This document shows, piece by piece, positions 28,153-37,340 of a stretch of 64,000 nucleotides of DNA; the first letter of the stretch is position 1; every line of letters starts with the position of its first letter. Source of the stretch: Candidatus Methanomethylicia archaeon (lineage in GTDB: Archaea > Thermoproteota > Methanomethylicia > Culexarchaeales > Culexarchaeaceae); NCBI GenBank assembly GCA_038727515.1, contig JAVYVS010000004.1:52619-116618 (forward strand), written 5' to 3'. Under the pieces are notes generated by a model that saw only the letters and a program-made list of their open reading frames with translations, had not been told where the DNA came from and made no database searches. The position numbers and the translations under genes are program-made.

Positions 28153-29682
28153 ATGTTTAGACAAGCTAAATGGCATGAACCATTAATATTTGAATTAAAA
28201 TCTGAAGGTAGAAGGGGATATATTCCTCCAAAAGTTGATGATGAAATTAAAAATGTTGTTGGAGATGTCCTTAAGAGTATTCCTGAAAATCTTAAGCGTA
28301 AGGAAATCAATATACCTGAATTATCTGAAGTGGAAGTTGTTAGACATTATACACGTTTATCACAGATGAATTATGGTGTTGATTTAGGAGCCTATCCACT
28401 TGGTTCATGCACTATGAAGTATAATCCTAAGATCAATGAGAAATTGGCTTCTCTAGATTCAGTGGCATATGTCCATCCACTTCAAGATGAAGAAACCATT
28501 CAAGGCTCTTTAAGGTTGATGTATTTAGTGGAGAAATGGCTTGCTGAAATAACTGGTATGTATAGGTTTACACTTCAACCTGCTGCTGGAGCTCATGGGG
28601 AATATCTTGGTTGTCTAATTATTAGAGCTTACCATAGGTTTAGAGGTGAGCATGAGAGAAATGAGATTATAGTTCCAGATAGTGCTCATGGAACTAATCC
28701 TGCCAGTGCTTCTATGGCTGGATTTAAAGTTGTTGTAGTTCCATCTGATGATCGTGGATGTGTTGATTTAAATGCTTTAAGAAATTCTATTTCTGATAGA
28801 ACCGCTGGACTTATGCTTACAAATCCAAATACACTTGGTATATTTGAAGAAGATATTATGGAGATATCTGATATGATTCATAGTGCTGGTGGATTATTGT
28901 ATTATGATGGTGCAAATCTAAATGGTATTTTAGGGATAGTTAGACCTGGAGATATGGGTTTTGATATTGTCCATTTAAATCTACATAAAACCTTTTCTAC
29001 ACCTCATGGTGGTGGTGGTCCAGGTGCAGGTCCCATTGGAGTTGCAAAGGATCTTGAACCCTTCCTACCAATTCCAGTAGTGGAATTTGATGGTAAAAAG
29101 TATTATTTGAATTATGATAGACCTCTATCTGTTGGTAAGATTAAATCCTTCTATGGTAATTTTGCAGTTATCGTTAGAGCTGCTGCATACATACTTTCAA
29201 TGGGTAGTATAGGTCTTAAAACTGCAGCTGAGATATCCGTTTTAAATACAAACTATTTCTTGAAGTGTATTTCCAATGTTAGAGGTTATTCAATTCCATA
29301 TGATCCTAATAGACCTAGGAAGCATGAATGTGTTTTAAGTGTTGAACCCATGGAGAGGGAAACTGGTGTTAGAGCTTTAGATGTGGCTAAGGGATTATTG
29401 GATCGAGGTTTACATGCACCTACAATATACTTCCCATTAATTGTTAAAGAAGCTTTAATGATAGAATTTACTGATACTGAAACTAAGGAGAATATTGATG
29501 CTTACGTTAAAGCTTTAAAGGAGATTTCAGATGAAGCCTATAGTAATCCATCTATAGTTAAAAGTTCTCCAAAGAATACTTCCATTGGACGTTTAGATGA
29601 TGTTAAAGCTAATCATCCAAAGTTTCTCGCTCCATCTTGGAAGATGTATTTAAAGAGGATTAGTGAGTTGAAGGCTAAATGA
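28153..29682 (+). CDS. gcvPB: Glycine cleavage system P protein subunit 2
   Basis: PLGSCTMKYNP, HGTNPAS, YYDGAN and NLHKTF.TPHGGGGPG. Confidence 0.95.
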   Translation: MFRQAKWHEPLIFELKSEGRRGYIPPKVDDEIKNVVGDVLKSIPENLKRKEINIPELSEVEVVRHYTRLSQMNYGVDLGAYPLGSCTMKYNPKINEKLASLDSVAYVHPLQDEETIQGSLRLMYLVEKWLAEITGMYRFTLQPAAGAHGEYLGCLIIRAYHRFRGEHERNEIIVPDSAHGTNPASASMAGFKVVVVPSDDRGCVDLNALRNSISDRTAGLMLTNPNTLGIFEEDIMEISDMIHSAGGLLYYDGANLNGILGIVRPGDMGFDIVHLNLHKTFSTPHGGGGPGAGPIGVAKDLEPFLPIPVVEFDGKKYYLNYDRPLSVGKIKSFYGNFAVIVRAAAYILSMGSIGLKTAAEISVLNTNYFLKCISNVRGYSIPYDPNRPRKHECVLSVEPMERETGVRALDVAKGLLDRGLHAPTIYFPLIVKEALMIEFTDTETKENIDAYVKALKEISDEAYSNPSIVKSSPKNTSIGRLDDVKANHPKFLAPSWKMYLKRISELKAK

Positions 29683-29963
29683 AGTTAACCATTCTCTTCT
29701 TCTCTCTTTTTAGAGAATCTTTAGGTGTTGATAAAATTGAATTGGATTTTAATAATCCTGTAAGTCTCCGTGAAGTTTTAGATTTCATTGATTCTAGATT
29801 TAATGGTAAACTTAGTAGGCTTATATTGAATATAGATGGTAGTCTTAGAAGCGATGTACATATAGTTGTAAATATGAATAGAATTAATCCAATGGATTCC
29901 TCAAAGATTATTCTAAGTGATGGAGATGTTATAGCTATCCTACCAGCTCCAGCTGGAGGTTAA
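29679..29963 (+). CDS. MoaD/ThiS/SAMP ubiquitin-like protein
   Basis: Beta-grasp pattern ending DGD.IAILP...GG. Confidence 0.88.
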   Translation: MKLTILFFSLFRESLGVDKIELDFNNPVSLREVLDFIDSRFNGKLSRLILNIDGSLRSDVHIVVNMNRINPMDSSKIILSDGDVIAILPAPAGG

Positions 29964-31223
29964 TTCTCCAATTAAATAAGTCTCTCTTGCCTCCAATATC
30001 TTTATGTTTACAATTCTTCCAATGAGTTCATTGGATCCTTCAATTAATGCCAATCTATAGTCCTTCATTCTTGCTTTTAAAAATCCCCTTTTATTACATC
30101 CTAATACTATTGCATCCACCATCTTTCCCTCATAGATTTTATTTCTCTCTAGAGATATCTTCCTTGATAATTCAATTACTTCCCTACATCTTTCACTTCT
30201 AATCTTTTCTGGTATTTGTGGTAGTGCTGCAGCCTTTGTATGTGGTCTAGGAGTATACTTAGCTGCATTTACCTTATCAGGTTTTGTTTCCTCAAGCACT
30301 TTTATCGTATTTCTATGAGCTTCATCACTTTCACCGGGGAATCCGGATATTATATCTGTTGTTATAAATCCATTTGGATATATACTTCTAAATCTATCCA
30401 CTATCTCCCTGTAGTCTTCAACTGTATACTTTCTATTCATAACCTTTAGTATATTGTTGTCTCCACTCTGTAATGGTATGTGAATGAATTTATATACCCT
30501 ATCATCATCGTAAACCTCTAATAATCCATCTATTATCTTTAATGCATTATTAGGTGTCATCATACCTATCCTAACCCTATACTCCCCTTGTACTCTAAGG
30601 ATCTTCTTCAATAGATTTACTAGATTAGTACCTTTATCAAATCCATATGCAGCTGTATCTTGAGCTGTAATCCTAATCTCTTTTACACCTTTACCTACAG
30701 CTTTCTCCACTATTTCCACTATTTCATTTTCAGGGTAGCTTTTCAGTCTACCTCTCGCTAATCTAACTATACAATAACTACAATCTCCTAAACATCCTTC
30801 AGCTATTGGTATTGTTAATGTTAACCCATCTGTAACCATTTTCTTCAGATCTTTAATTCCTTCACCAACGATTCTTATCTCCCTATTCTTTGATTCAATT
30901 ATCTCCATTATTTCTCCAATCTTCTGTGGAGAGATTAATGATGCTTCTGGTGATATACTCAATATTTTTGCTGGTTGAACTTTAGCCATGCATCCTGCCA
31001 CTATTAATTTTGAACCTTTTATGCATCTGATATTCTCCAATTCCTTTATTCTATGCATCATGTTTTTCTCAGTTTCCCCTCTAACTGTACATGTGTTTAT
31101 TATTATTACATCTGCCATCCAAGGGTCCGATATTATCTCATGCTTTTCTGATAGTATTCTTTTTATGAGATTTGTATCTGCATTATTCATTGCACATCCA
31201 TAGCTCTCTATATATACTTTCAT
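29940..31223 (-). CDS. tRNA t6A37 methylthiotransferase (archaeal/eukaryotic MtaB type)
   Basis: YGC..N..D, NTC.V, AGC, radical-SAM CxxxCxxC, DII.GFPGE and TRAM domain; probable start 31223. Confidence 0.9.
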   Translation of the reverse strand: MKVYIESYGCAMNNADTNLIKRILSEKHEIISDPWMADVIIINTCTVRGETEKNMMHRIKELENIRCIKGSKLIVAGCMAKVQPAKILSISPEASLISPQKIGEIMEIIESKNREIRIVGEGIKDLKKMVTDGLTLTIPIAEGCLGDCSYCIVRLARGRLKSYPENEIVEIVEKAVGKGVKEIRITAQDTAAYGFDKGTNLVNLLKKILRVQGEYRVRIGMMTPNNALKIIDGLLEVYDDDRVYKFIHIPLQSGDNNILKVMNRKYTVEDYREIVDRFRSIYPNGFITTDIISGFPGESDEAHRNTIKVLEETKPDKVNAAKYTPRPHTKAAALPQIPEKIRSERCREVIELSRKISLERNKIYEGKMVDAIVLGCNKRGFLKARMKDYRLALIEGSNELIGRIVNIKILEARETYLIGELTSSWSW

Positions 31224-31395
31224 AGTTTTTACTCTAATTTTCTGTAGTTCCACCCATATATAAACATGTTTCCCCAAAGTTTTTCTGGAATCTTTTTATT
31301 TGTTTTTCCGTCTTTATATAACTGGACTGTTTAATATGTTTCTTTTTCTTTCTTCTTTTCCTCCTTTCTTTTTCTAGAGGATTTTTAACATAAAA

Positions 31396-31440
31396 TTTTT
31401 AAGTGGTTTGTATTCTTTTTGTATTACAATTGTATGACAA
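31396..31440 (+). promoter_or_regulatory. TATA-like box (31396-31403) followed by three tandem 11-bp TTGTATxxxxx units upstream of an RHH gene
   Basis: TTGTATTCTTT (31408-18), TTGTATTACAA (31419-29), TTGTATGACAA (31430-40). Confidence 0.6.
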
Positions 31441-31488
31441 ATATCTAAATCACTCCCTACAAATCATATATTTAGTAAGGTGAGATAG

Positions 31489-31656
31489 GTGAAAGTAATC
31501 ACAATAAGACTTCCTGAAGCTGTTGTTAGAGAAATTGATCTTCTAATTAATAGTGGTAGATTTTCATCTCGTGCTGAAGTCATTCGTGAAGCTGTTAGAG
31601 ATTTTGTACGTAAGGAATTTGTTACTGCTAGATCTCAATTGAAGGTTGTTGTGTAA
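31489..31656 (+). CDS. Ribbon-helix-helix regulator, 55 aa, CdrS/aCcr1-like (missing from ORF track)
   Basis: Translated by hand: MKVITIRLPEAVVREIDLLINSGRFSSRAEVIREAVRDFVRKEFVTARSQLKVVV; GGTGA SD 5 nt before GTG. Confidence 0.88.
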   Translation: MKVITIRLPEAVVREIDLLINSGRFSSRAEVIREAVRDFVRKEFVTARSQLKVVV

Positions 31657-31721
31657 TCAATTGATTCAATAGCTACCTTCTAATCTTTTTATTTTTGTTT
31701 TTATTAATTATCTTGATTTTT

Positions 31722-32729
31722 ATGTATGATTTTAATTTGGAGGCTCTTGCTTTAGATGCTAGAGTTAGAAATGCTAATAGGATTTTGTTGCAGTTTCCTG
31801 ATGGACTTAAAACTTTTGCATTGAATGTGGTAGATAAACTTTCTAAGAATGTTAATGCTGAATTTATAATTTCCATGGATCCATGTTTTGGTGGTTGTGA
31901 TATTGCTATTGATGATGCTCGTAGACTTGGGGTTGATTTAATAATACATTTTGGCCATAGTAGATTTATAGATGATTTTGAAATTCCAATAATCTATGTT
32001 CCAGTCTTCTTTAAAACTTCTTTAAGGGATTTAATTTTAAAGTTTGTTGATCTTTGGGGGTTTAATAAGCCTGTAGGTCTACTTTCAACAGTTCAACATA
32101 TACCTAATTTAATTGAAGTTAAAGAGATTCTTGAAGGATTTGGTATACCCGTATTTTTAGGTTGTAAATGTGGTAAACTTCAATTTGAAGGGCAGGTGTT
32201 AGGTTGTGAAATTTGTGGAGCTTTATGTATAGTAGATAAGGTTGATGGTTTTTTAGTGATTTCAGGTGGGGATTTCCATGGTTTAGGTGTTGCATTATCT
32301 ACTGGTAAGCCCACATACGTTTTAGATCCATTTAGATTTGAAGTTAGGAATTTAGATAAACTTTTAAAGAAGATTGTCTCGATTAGATGGAATAATATTA
32401 TTAGAGCTCGTGATGCTAAGGTTTTTGGGGTTTTTATTGGTGTGAAGCCTGGTCAATGCCATATTGATTTAGCTTTTAAAGTGAAAAAGCTTCTTGAATC
32501 TAATGGTAGAAGGTGTTATCTCTTTTCTGTTAGGAATTTTTCTGAGGATGTTGTTGCTCCATTTAATGATATTGAAGTTTTTGTTTCAACTGCATGTCCC
32601 AGGATTGCTATTGATGATAGTGAAGTATATGGTAAACCTATACTAACGCCTCTTGAAGTTGAATTGGCTTTAAGTGGCTCTATGAATTTTGATTCTATAA
32701 GGGGGATTTTAAACTTTGGTTATAAGTAG
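31722..32729 (+). CDS. dph2: Diphthamide biosynthesis enzyme Dph2
   Basis: LQFPDGLK, PCFGGCD, HFGH, GQVLGC and ACPRI. Confidence 0.92.
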   Translation: MYDFNLEALALDARVRNANRILLQFPDGLKTFALNVVDKLSKNVNAEFIISMDPCFGGCDIAIDDARRLGVDLIIHFGHSRFIDDFEIPIIYVPVFFKTSLRDLILKFVDLWGFNKPVGLLSTVQHIPNLIEVKEILEGFGIPVFLGCKCGKLQFEGQVLGCEICGALCIVDKVDGFLVISGGDFHGLGVALSTGKPTYVLDPFRFEVRNLDKLLKKIVSIRWNNIIRARDAKVFGVFIGVKPGQCHIDLAFKVKKLLESNGRRCYLFSVRNFSEDVVAPFNDIEVFVSTACPRIAIDDSEVYGKPILTPLEVELALSGSMNFDSIRGILNFGYK

Positions 32730-33345
32730 GCTTAAGCATTTAGCTATGGTTTTAGAAAATGTTAAGCCTCATCCAAATCCAAGTTTAGATTTAGAGCAGT
32801 ATAGTTTATGTGGTGAAGATGCTGCTAGAATCTTATGGTTTGCTGGAAGAATCCATGATGATATCAATGATAAGATAGTTCTAGATCTTGGTTGTGGTAC
32901 TGGTATTTTGAGTATTGGTTCAATTCTTCTTGGAGCTAAATTTGTTTTTGGTGTTGATATTGATTCAAAGGCTTTGGAAGTTGCTTTGGATAATGCTAAG
33001 AATTTGAATGTTTATTCTAGGGTTTCATTTCTATGCGCTGAAGTTTCTAAATTGCCTATGATTCGTATTGTGGATACTGTTATTCAGAATCCACCCTTTG
33101 GAGTTCATAAGAGGGGTGCTGACATAATGTTTTTGGAAGCTTCTATGAAGATTGCTAGAGTTGTTTATTCATTACATAAGTATACTGTTGAAAATAATCT
33201 ATTTATATCTAGGGTTGTTTCAAAGCTTGGGGGTAGAATTGTTGGTATGCTTCCCCTTACAATTACAATACCTCACATATTTGATTTTCATAGGGAATTT
33301 AAACGTAAGGTTAATGTGATCCTCTATCGAATAGTACATGTATAG
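32716..33345 (+). CDS. METTL5-family N6-adenine RNA methyltransferase
   Basis: LEQY, DLGCGTG, NPPFG and YSLH. Confidence 0.88.
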   Translation: MVISRLKHLAMVLENVKPHPNPSLDLEQYSLCGEDAARILWFAGRIHDDINDKIVLDLGCGTGILSIGSILLGAKFVFGVDIDSKALEVALDNAKNLNVYSRVSFLCAEVSKLPMIRIVDTVIQNPPFGVHKRGADIMFLEASMKIARVVYSLHKYTVENNLFISRVVSKLGGRIVGMLPLTITIPHIFDFHREFKRKVNVILYRIVHV

Positions 33346-33353
33346 TTTTAAGG

Positions 33354-33926
33354 GTGTTTACTTTGATTTCAGCGGGGGATGAATTAGTATTTCCAGGGGA
33401 TTTCCTAGGAGTTATTGAGGAGTTTATAGCTGGAGATGGCGTCATGGAATTTGATGGTTCTCTTTTTGCAATTAAATTTGGTCGTTTAAAGGTTGATGTT
33501 CGTGAAAAGAAGATATGGATAGAATCTAAAAGAAGTTTTTTACTCCCTACAACTGGAGATGTGGGTTTAGGTGTTGTTTTTGATGTTGGTTTTGAATCTG
33601 CTGGTATGAAGATTCATCATATTGAGGGTAAAGGTACTTTAAGATTTCCAGTAACAGCATACCTTAGACTTCACTTCGCTTCTAATAAAGTTAAGTTTAA
33701 TTCTATGTATGATGTTGTTAGGGAAGGTGATATTGTTAGAGCTGTATTTTTAAATTCTTGGAGACCATATAATGTTTCTATTAGAGATGATGATTTAGGC
33801 GTTATCTTTGCCAGATGTCCCTATTGTCTTTCTCCACTCTTTTTAAAAGATAATAAACTTATATGTTCTAAATGCAATTTCTATAGTTCTAGGAAGTTTT
33901 CTTCTAAATATCTTCTAGTTAAGTGA
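33354..33926 (+). CDS. csl4: Exosome RNA-binding protein Csl4
   Basis: V.PGD.LG..EEF..G, S1 domain, DLGVI.A.C..C...C..C and RK; next to rpoL. Confidence 0.88.
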   Translation: MFTLISAGDELVFPGDFLGVIEEFIAGDGVMEFDGSLFAIKFGRLKVDVREKKIWIESKRSFLLPTTGDVGLGVVFDVGFESAGMKIHHIEGKGTLRFPVTAYLRLHFASNKVKFNSMYDVVREGDIVRAVFLNSWRPYNVSIRDDDLGVIFARCPYCLSPLFLKDNKLICSKCNFYSSRKFSSKYLLVK

Positions 33927-33980
33927 TTTTGAATAGTTAAATTTATTATTTATTTTGTTTAAGCCTATTAAGGTGTTTAT

Positions 33981-34286
33981 ATGGAGATTAAAGTTTTAAG
34001 GAGAGATGAAGATTGTATAGAGCTTGAAGTTAAGGGTGAGGGACATACATTCTTCAATGCTTTATGCTCTAAGCTTCATGAAGATCCAGCCGTTATTATT
34101 GCATCCTACAATATTCCCCATCCACTTGAGGATAGAACTCTATTTATACTTAGAGTTTCATCTAAATCTCCATGGGAAGTCCTAATTGATGCTGTTAAAA
34201 AGCTTAAGGAAGATGCTATTAACTTTAGAAGTGAATTTGAAAATGCCATTAAGAGTTTTGAGTCTAGTAAGAGGGGGAAGACTTAA
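33981..34286 (+). CDS. rpoL: RNA polymerase subunit L (Rpo11)
   Basis: GE.HT..N.L and Y.IPHPL. Confidence 0.92.
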   Translation: MEIKVLRRDEDCIELEVKGEGHTFFNALCSKLHEDPAVIIASYNIPHPLEDRTLFILRVSSKSPWEVLIDAVKKLKEDAINFRSEFENAIKSFESSKRGKT

Positions 34287-34289
34287 TTA

Positions 34290-34670
34290 ATGTCTATTCT
34301 TGATCTCCATGAAGTTTTAATGAATTCTGATATGGCTTCTTTCGGGGATTCTCTTTTAAATTTTGTTTATTCTCTTTCTATAAGTAGAATTAATGGTAAA
34401 TTTCGTGGTGGTAGGGTTCGGAATAAGGTTTTAGCTGAAGCTTTACATAGATGTGGATTGAGGGATTTTCTTAGTGGTAAAGTTGATGTTCATGTTAAAG
34501 GTGATGCTGTAGAAGCTTTAATAGCTTATGCATGGATTTCTAATAAAGTTTCTCTTGATGAACTTGTGAATATTCTCTCAAGTAATTTACGTAGTAATGA
34601 TTTTAAAGATGAAGTTGAAGCTTTTTCAAATCTTTTAAGATATGTTTTGGTGAAGATTTTTGAAGGTTAA
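34290..34670 (+). CDS. Archaeal RNase III-like domain protein
   Basis: A.FGD.L.NF.YS, V.NK.LA.A and H..GD..EA. Confidence 0.75.
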   Translation: MSILDLHEVLMNSDMASFGDSLLNFVYSLSISRINGKFRGGRVRNKVLAEALHRCGLRDFLSGKVDVHVKGDAVEALIAYAWISNKVSLDELVNILSSNLRSNDFKDEVEAFSNLLRYVLVKIFEG

Positions 34671-35076
34671 ATTTGAATCTAGAGTGGCTGGTATAGTATT
34701 TTTCCCCCCATTAATAGTTTCAACAATTTTTAGGGGTGGACTTAGACTTGATGGTATTTTAATTTCCATCTCCGATTCCAATCCATTTATTGAAGCTTTG
34801 AATATGATTAAATCTTCTAAATTTTTCGATGAACTTAATTTCATATTTTTTGGATATGGTGATTGGAGTGGTTTAGATATAGATTATGCATATGAGTTTT
34901 TAGGTAAACCTGTTATACATATCTCTAATAGTAGTGTAAAGTTTGTAGGTTTAAGTGATCATGATTTTAAGCGTTTAATGGATATTGTTTGTGTACATGG
35001 TGAAGTTGAAGCTTTAAGAGTTTCCCGTATTATAGCGTTAAAGCTATTAAGGACTGTGTATAATTATTCTTTTTGA
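34660..35076 (+). CDS. Short, degenerate DUF99-like protein
   Basis: Position between the RNase III-like gene and tfs; RGG..LDG, KPVI and EALRV.R motifs; acidic residues of the N-terminal strand are absent. Confidence 0.4.
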   Translation: MKVKFESRVAGIVFFPPLIVSTIFRGGLRLDGILISISDSNPFIEALNMIKSSKFFDELNFIFFGYGDWSGLDIDYAYEFLGKPVIHISNSSVKFVGLSDHDFKRLMDIVCVHGEVEALRVSRIIALKLLRTVYNYSF

Positions 35077-35082
35077 CTTTAC

Positions 35083-35424
35083 GTGATGGTTATGGAGTTT
35101 TGCGATAAATGTGGAGCTATGATGTATCCTAAGAGGATTAATGGTAAAGTCGTACTTGTATGTAATTCATGTGGATTTATTAAAGAATCCCCTAATGTTG
35201 GTATGAGAGTTGTGGAGAAAAGAGAGAGGAATCCTAAGGCTGAGCTTGTAATTGTAGATTCAAGTACCGCTGTTAATGTTATGCCTAAGGTTAAAGCTAT
35301 TTGTCCTAGGTGTGGCAACGATGAAGCTTACTGGTGGATGGTTCAAACTAGAAGGGGTGATGAAGCCCCCACAAGATTCTATAGATGTACTAAGTGTAAT
35401 TATACTTGGAGAGAATATGAGTAG
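35083..35424 (+). CDS. tfs: Transcription factor S
   Basis: Two Zn ribbons; QTRRGDEA.T.FY.C..C...WRE. Confidence 0.93.
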   Translation: MMVMEFCDKCGAMMYPKRINGKVVLVCNSCGFIKESPNVGMRVVEKRERNPKAELVIVDSSTAVNVMPKVKAICPRCGNDEAYWWMVQTRRGDEAPTRFYRCTKCNYTWREYE

Positions 35425-35477
35425 CTTCCGATAAGCATTAATATATTGTTTTAGATATTTGATTTTGGGTGTATACT

Positions 35478-36221
35478 ATGTTTAGATTTTCTATATCTGA
35501 TGTAAAGGTTTGGAGGAATATTATAGATTCCATTTCTGAACTCATTGATGAAGCAAATTTTGTAGCTACTACAGATGGAATTTCATTAAGGGCTATGGAT
35601 CCTTCGCATGTGGCTATGGTGGAAGTTGAGCTTCCAAGCTCCTTTTTTGATGAATATGAGTGTAGTGAAACTATGAATATAGGTGTTAATTTAGATGAAT
35701 TTATGAAGATTTTACGTAGAGGTTCTTCTAGTGATAAATTAGAGATTGAAGTTTCCAGTGATAGAAAGCTTAAGATTACCTTTAGTGATAAGGCTAAGAG
35801 GTATTTCAGTATACCCCTATTGGATTTATCTTGGGAGGAGCTTACATCTCCATCAATTGAATTCAATGTTTATAGTAGGCTTGTCTCAGAGGTTTTTGAA
35901 GATGCAATTAAAGATGCAAGTTTAATTAGTGATTTTGTTAAGATTTCGGCTGATAAAGACTTTTTGATAATTTCTGCATCTGGGGATAGAGGGGATGTGG
36001 AGGTTAAGTTAAGTGAGGATATGGGTTCTTTAATAGAGCTTAATGTTAAAGAGCCTTCTAGTAGCACTTATAGTTTGAATTATCTAGAGGATTTAGTTAA
36101 GACTTCTAAGGCAAGTGAGATTTTAACTTTAGAGTTTTCTAATGATATGCCTATGAAATTGAGTTTTGAACTTCCAAATAATGGTAGGATAACCTACTAT
36201 CTAGCTCCAAGAATTGAATAG
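35478..36221 (+). CDS. pcn: PCNA sliding clamp
   Basis: RAMDPSHVAM, YSL.YL and YYLAPRIE. Confidence 0.95.
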   Translation: MFRFSISDVKVWRNIIDSISELIDEANFVATTDGISLRAMDPSHVAMVEVELPSSFFDEYECSETMNIGVNLDEFMKILRRGSSSDKLEIEVSSDRKLKITFSDKAKRYFSIPLLDLSWEELTSPSIEFNVYSRLVSEVFEDAIKDASLISDFVKISADKDFLIISASGDRGDVEVKLSEDMGSLIELNVKEPSSSTYSLNYLEDLVKTSKASEILTLEFSNDMPMKLSFELPNNGRITYYLAPRIE

Positions 36222-36290
36222 TTTAAAACTTTAAATACACTTTATATTTAGGTGGAGATAACCTAAAATATTACTATTTGGATTTGCTTA

Positions 36291-37340
36291 TTGTATATGT
36301 CTCTTTCACGTGAAGATTTAGCTAAATACCCATTTTGTAAGGAGGCTAGGGATTATATTTCCATTTTAGGTTTTACTTTAGATGAAATTTTTCAACCGGA
36401 TTTCTCCACAGTTCTTGAGAGGGTTTTTGAGAGGTTTAAGAGTTCTATTGAATTTGGTAGAGTGAAAACTTATTTAACTGATTTAGATGTTGAAATTCTA
36501 TCTTTCCATGTAGCTAATATAATTCTATCATTTCTTGGTGATAGTGCTTTTTCCATGAGGTATGCTGTTTCAGAGGCTAAGAGGGTTTATGAAGAGCTTA
36601 GGGTTGATGATGATTATAAGCTTATTTTAATTTCTGAGGGTAGTTTTAATTGGAGGGTTAAATCTATTCGTCGAGGTGGCTTCCAAATTTTCTTTGCTGA
36701 TTTCCTTAAATTTTCACCTTCCTTTGAAGCTTTTAATTGGAAGCTTGTTAATAGGCATTTATATGGTGGATGGGTTTATGTGGGTAAAGACGAACTTGCT
36801 AGGCTTATTTCTGAAAAGGTTAAATTTGATATTTACTTTAAGTCTACTCAACCTCCTCCACCAATAGCCCTCCCAGAATTTATTGCTAATAGGATTGAAG
36901 ATTTGAGGAGGATCTTCTCAAGTAGGAGGAAGATTTCTGAGGTTAAGGGTGTTGAGGGTTCCGTTGTTGAAAGTGCTATACCACCTTGTATACGTAGTAT
37001 TATGGATGGTGTTTTGAAAGGTGAATCTCTTCCACATATGGCTAGATTTACTCTAGCTACATTTCTATTAGGTATTGGTAGAGATGTTGAATACGTTATT
37101 AAAATCTTTTCATCTTCTGCTGATTATGATGAGAAGATGACTAGATATCAAGTTGAGCATGTAGCTGGTTTAAGAGGGTCGAAAACTAAGTATTCTCCTC
37201 CAAAATGTAATACTTTAAAGACTTTTGGATTATGTATCCCAGATGATTTTTGTATTTCACGTAGAGTTAAGCATCCCCTAAATTATTATAAGTTGAAGGT
37301 TGGAGTTTCCGGTGGCGTTAAAGTTGAAGGTGGAAGTTAG
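36291..37340 (+). CDS. priL: DNA primase large subunit
   Basis: AKYPF, WKLVNR...G.V, PPC, H.ARF and Fe-S cysteines. Confidence 0.93.
   Translation: MYMSLSREDLAKYPFCKEARDYISILGFTLDEIFQPDFSTVLERVFERFKSSIEFGRVKTYLTDLDVEILSFHVANIILSFLGDSAFSMRYAVSEAKRVYEELRVDDDYKLILISEGSFNWRVKSIRRGGFQIFFADFLKFSPSFEAFNWKLVNRHLYGGWVYVGKDELARLISEKVKFDIYFKSTQPPPPIALPEFIANRIEDLRRIFSSRRKISEVKGVEGSVVESAIPPCIRSIMDGVLKGESLPHMARFTLATFLLGIGRDVEYVIKIFSSSADYDEKMTRYQVEHVAGLRGSKTKYSPPKCNTLKTFGLCIPDDFCISRRVKHPLNYYKLKVGVSGGVKVEGGS

Noticed and set aside
31330-31376. Long pyrimidine tract
   Set aside because: Low-complexity intergenic sequence with no definable structure or function
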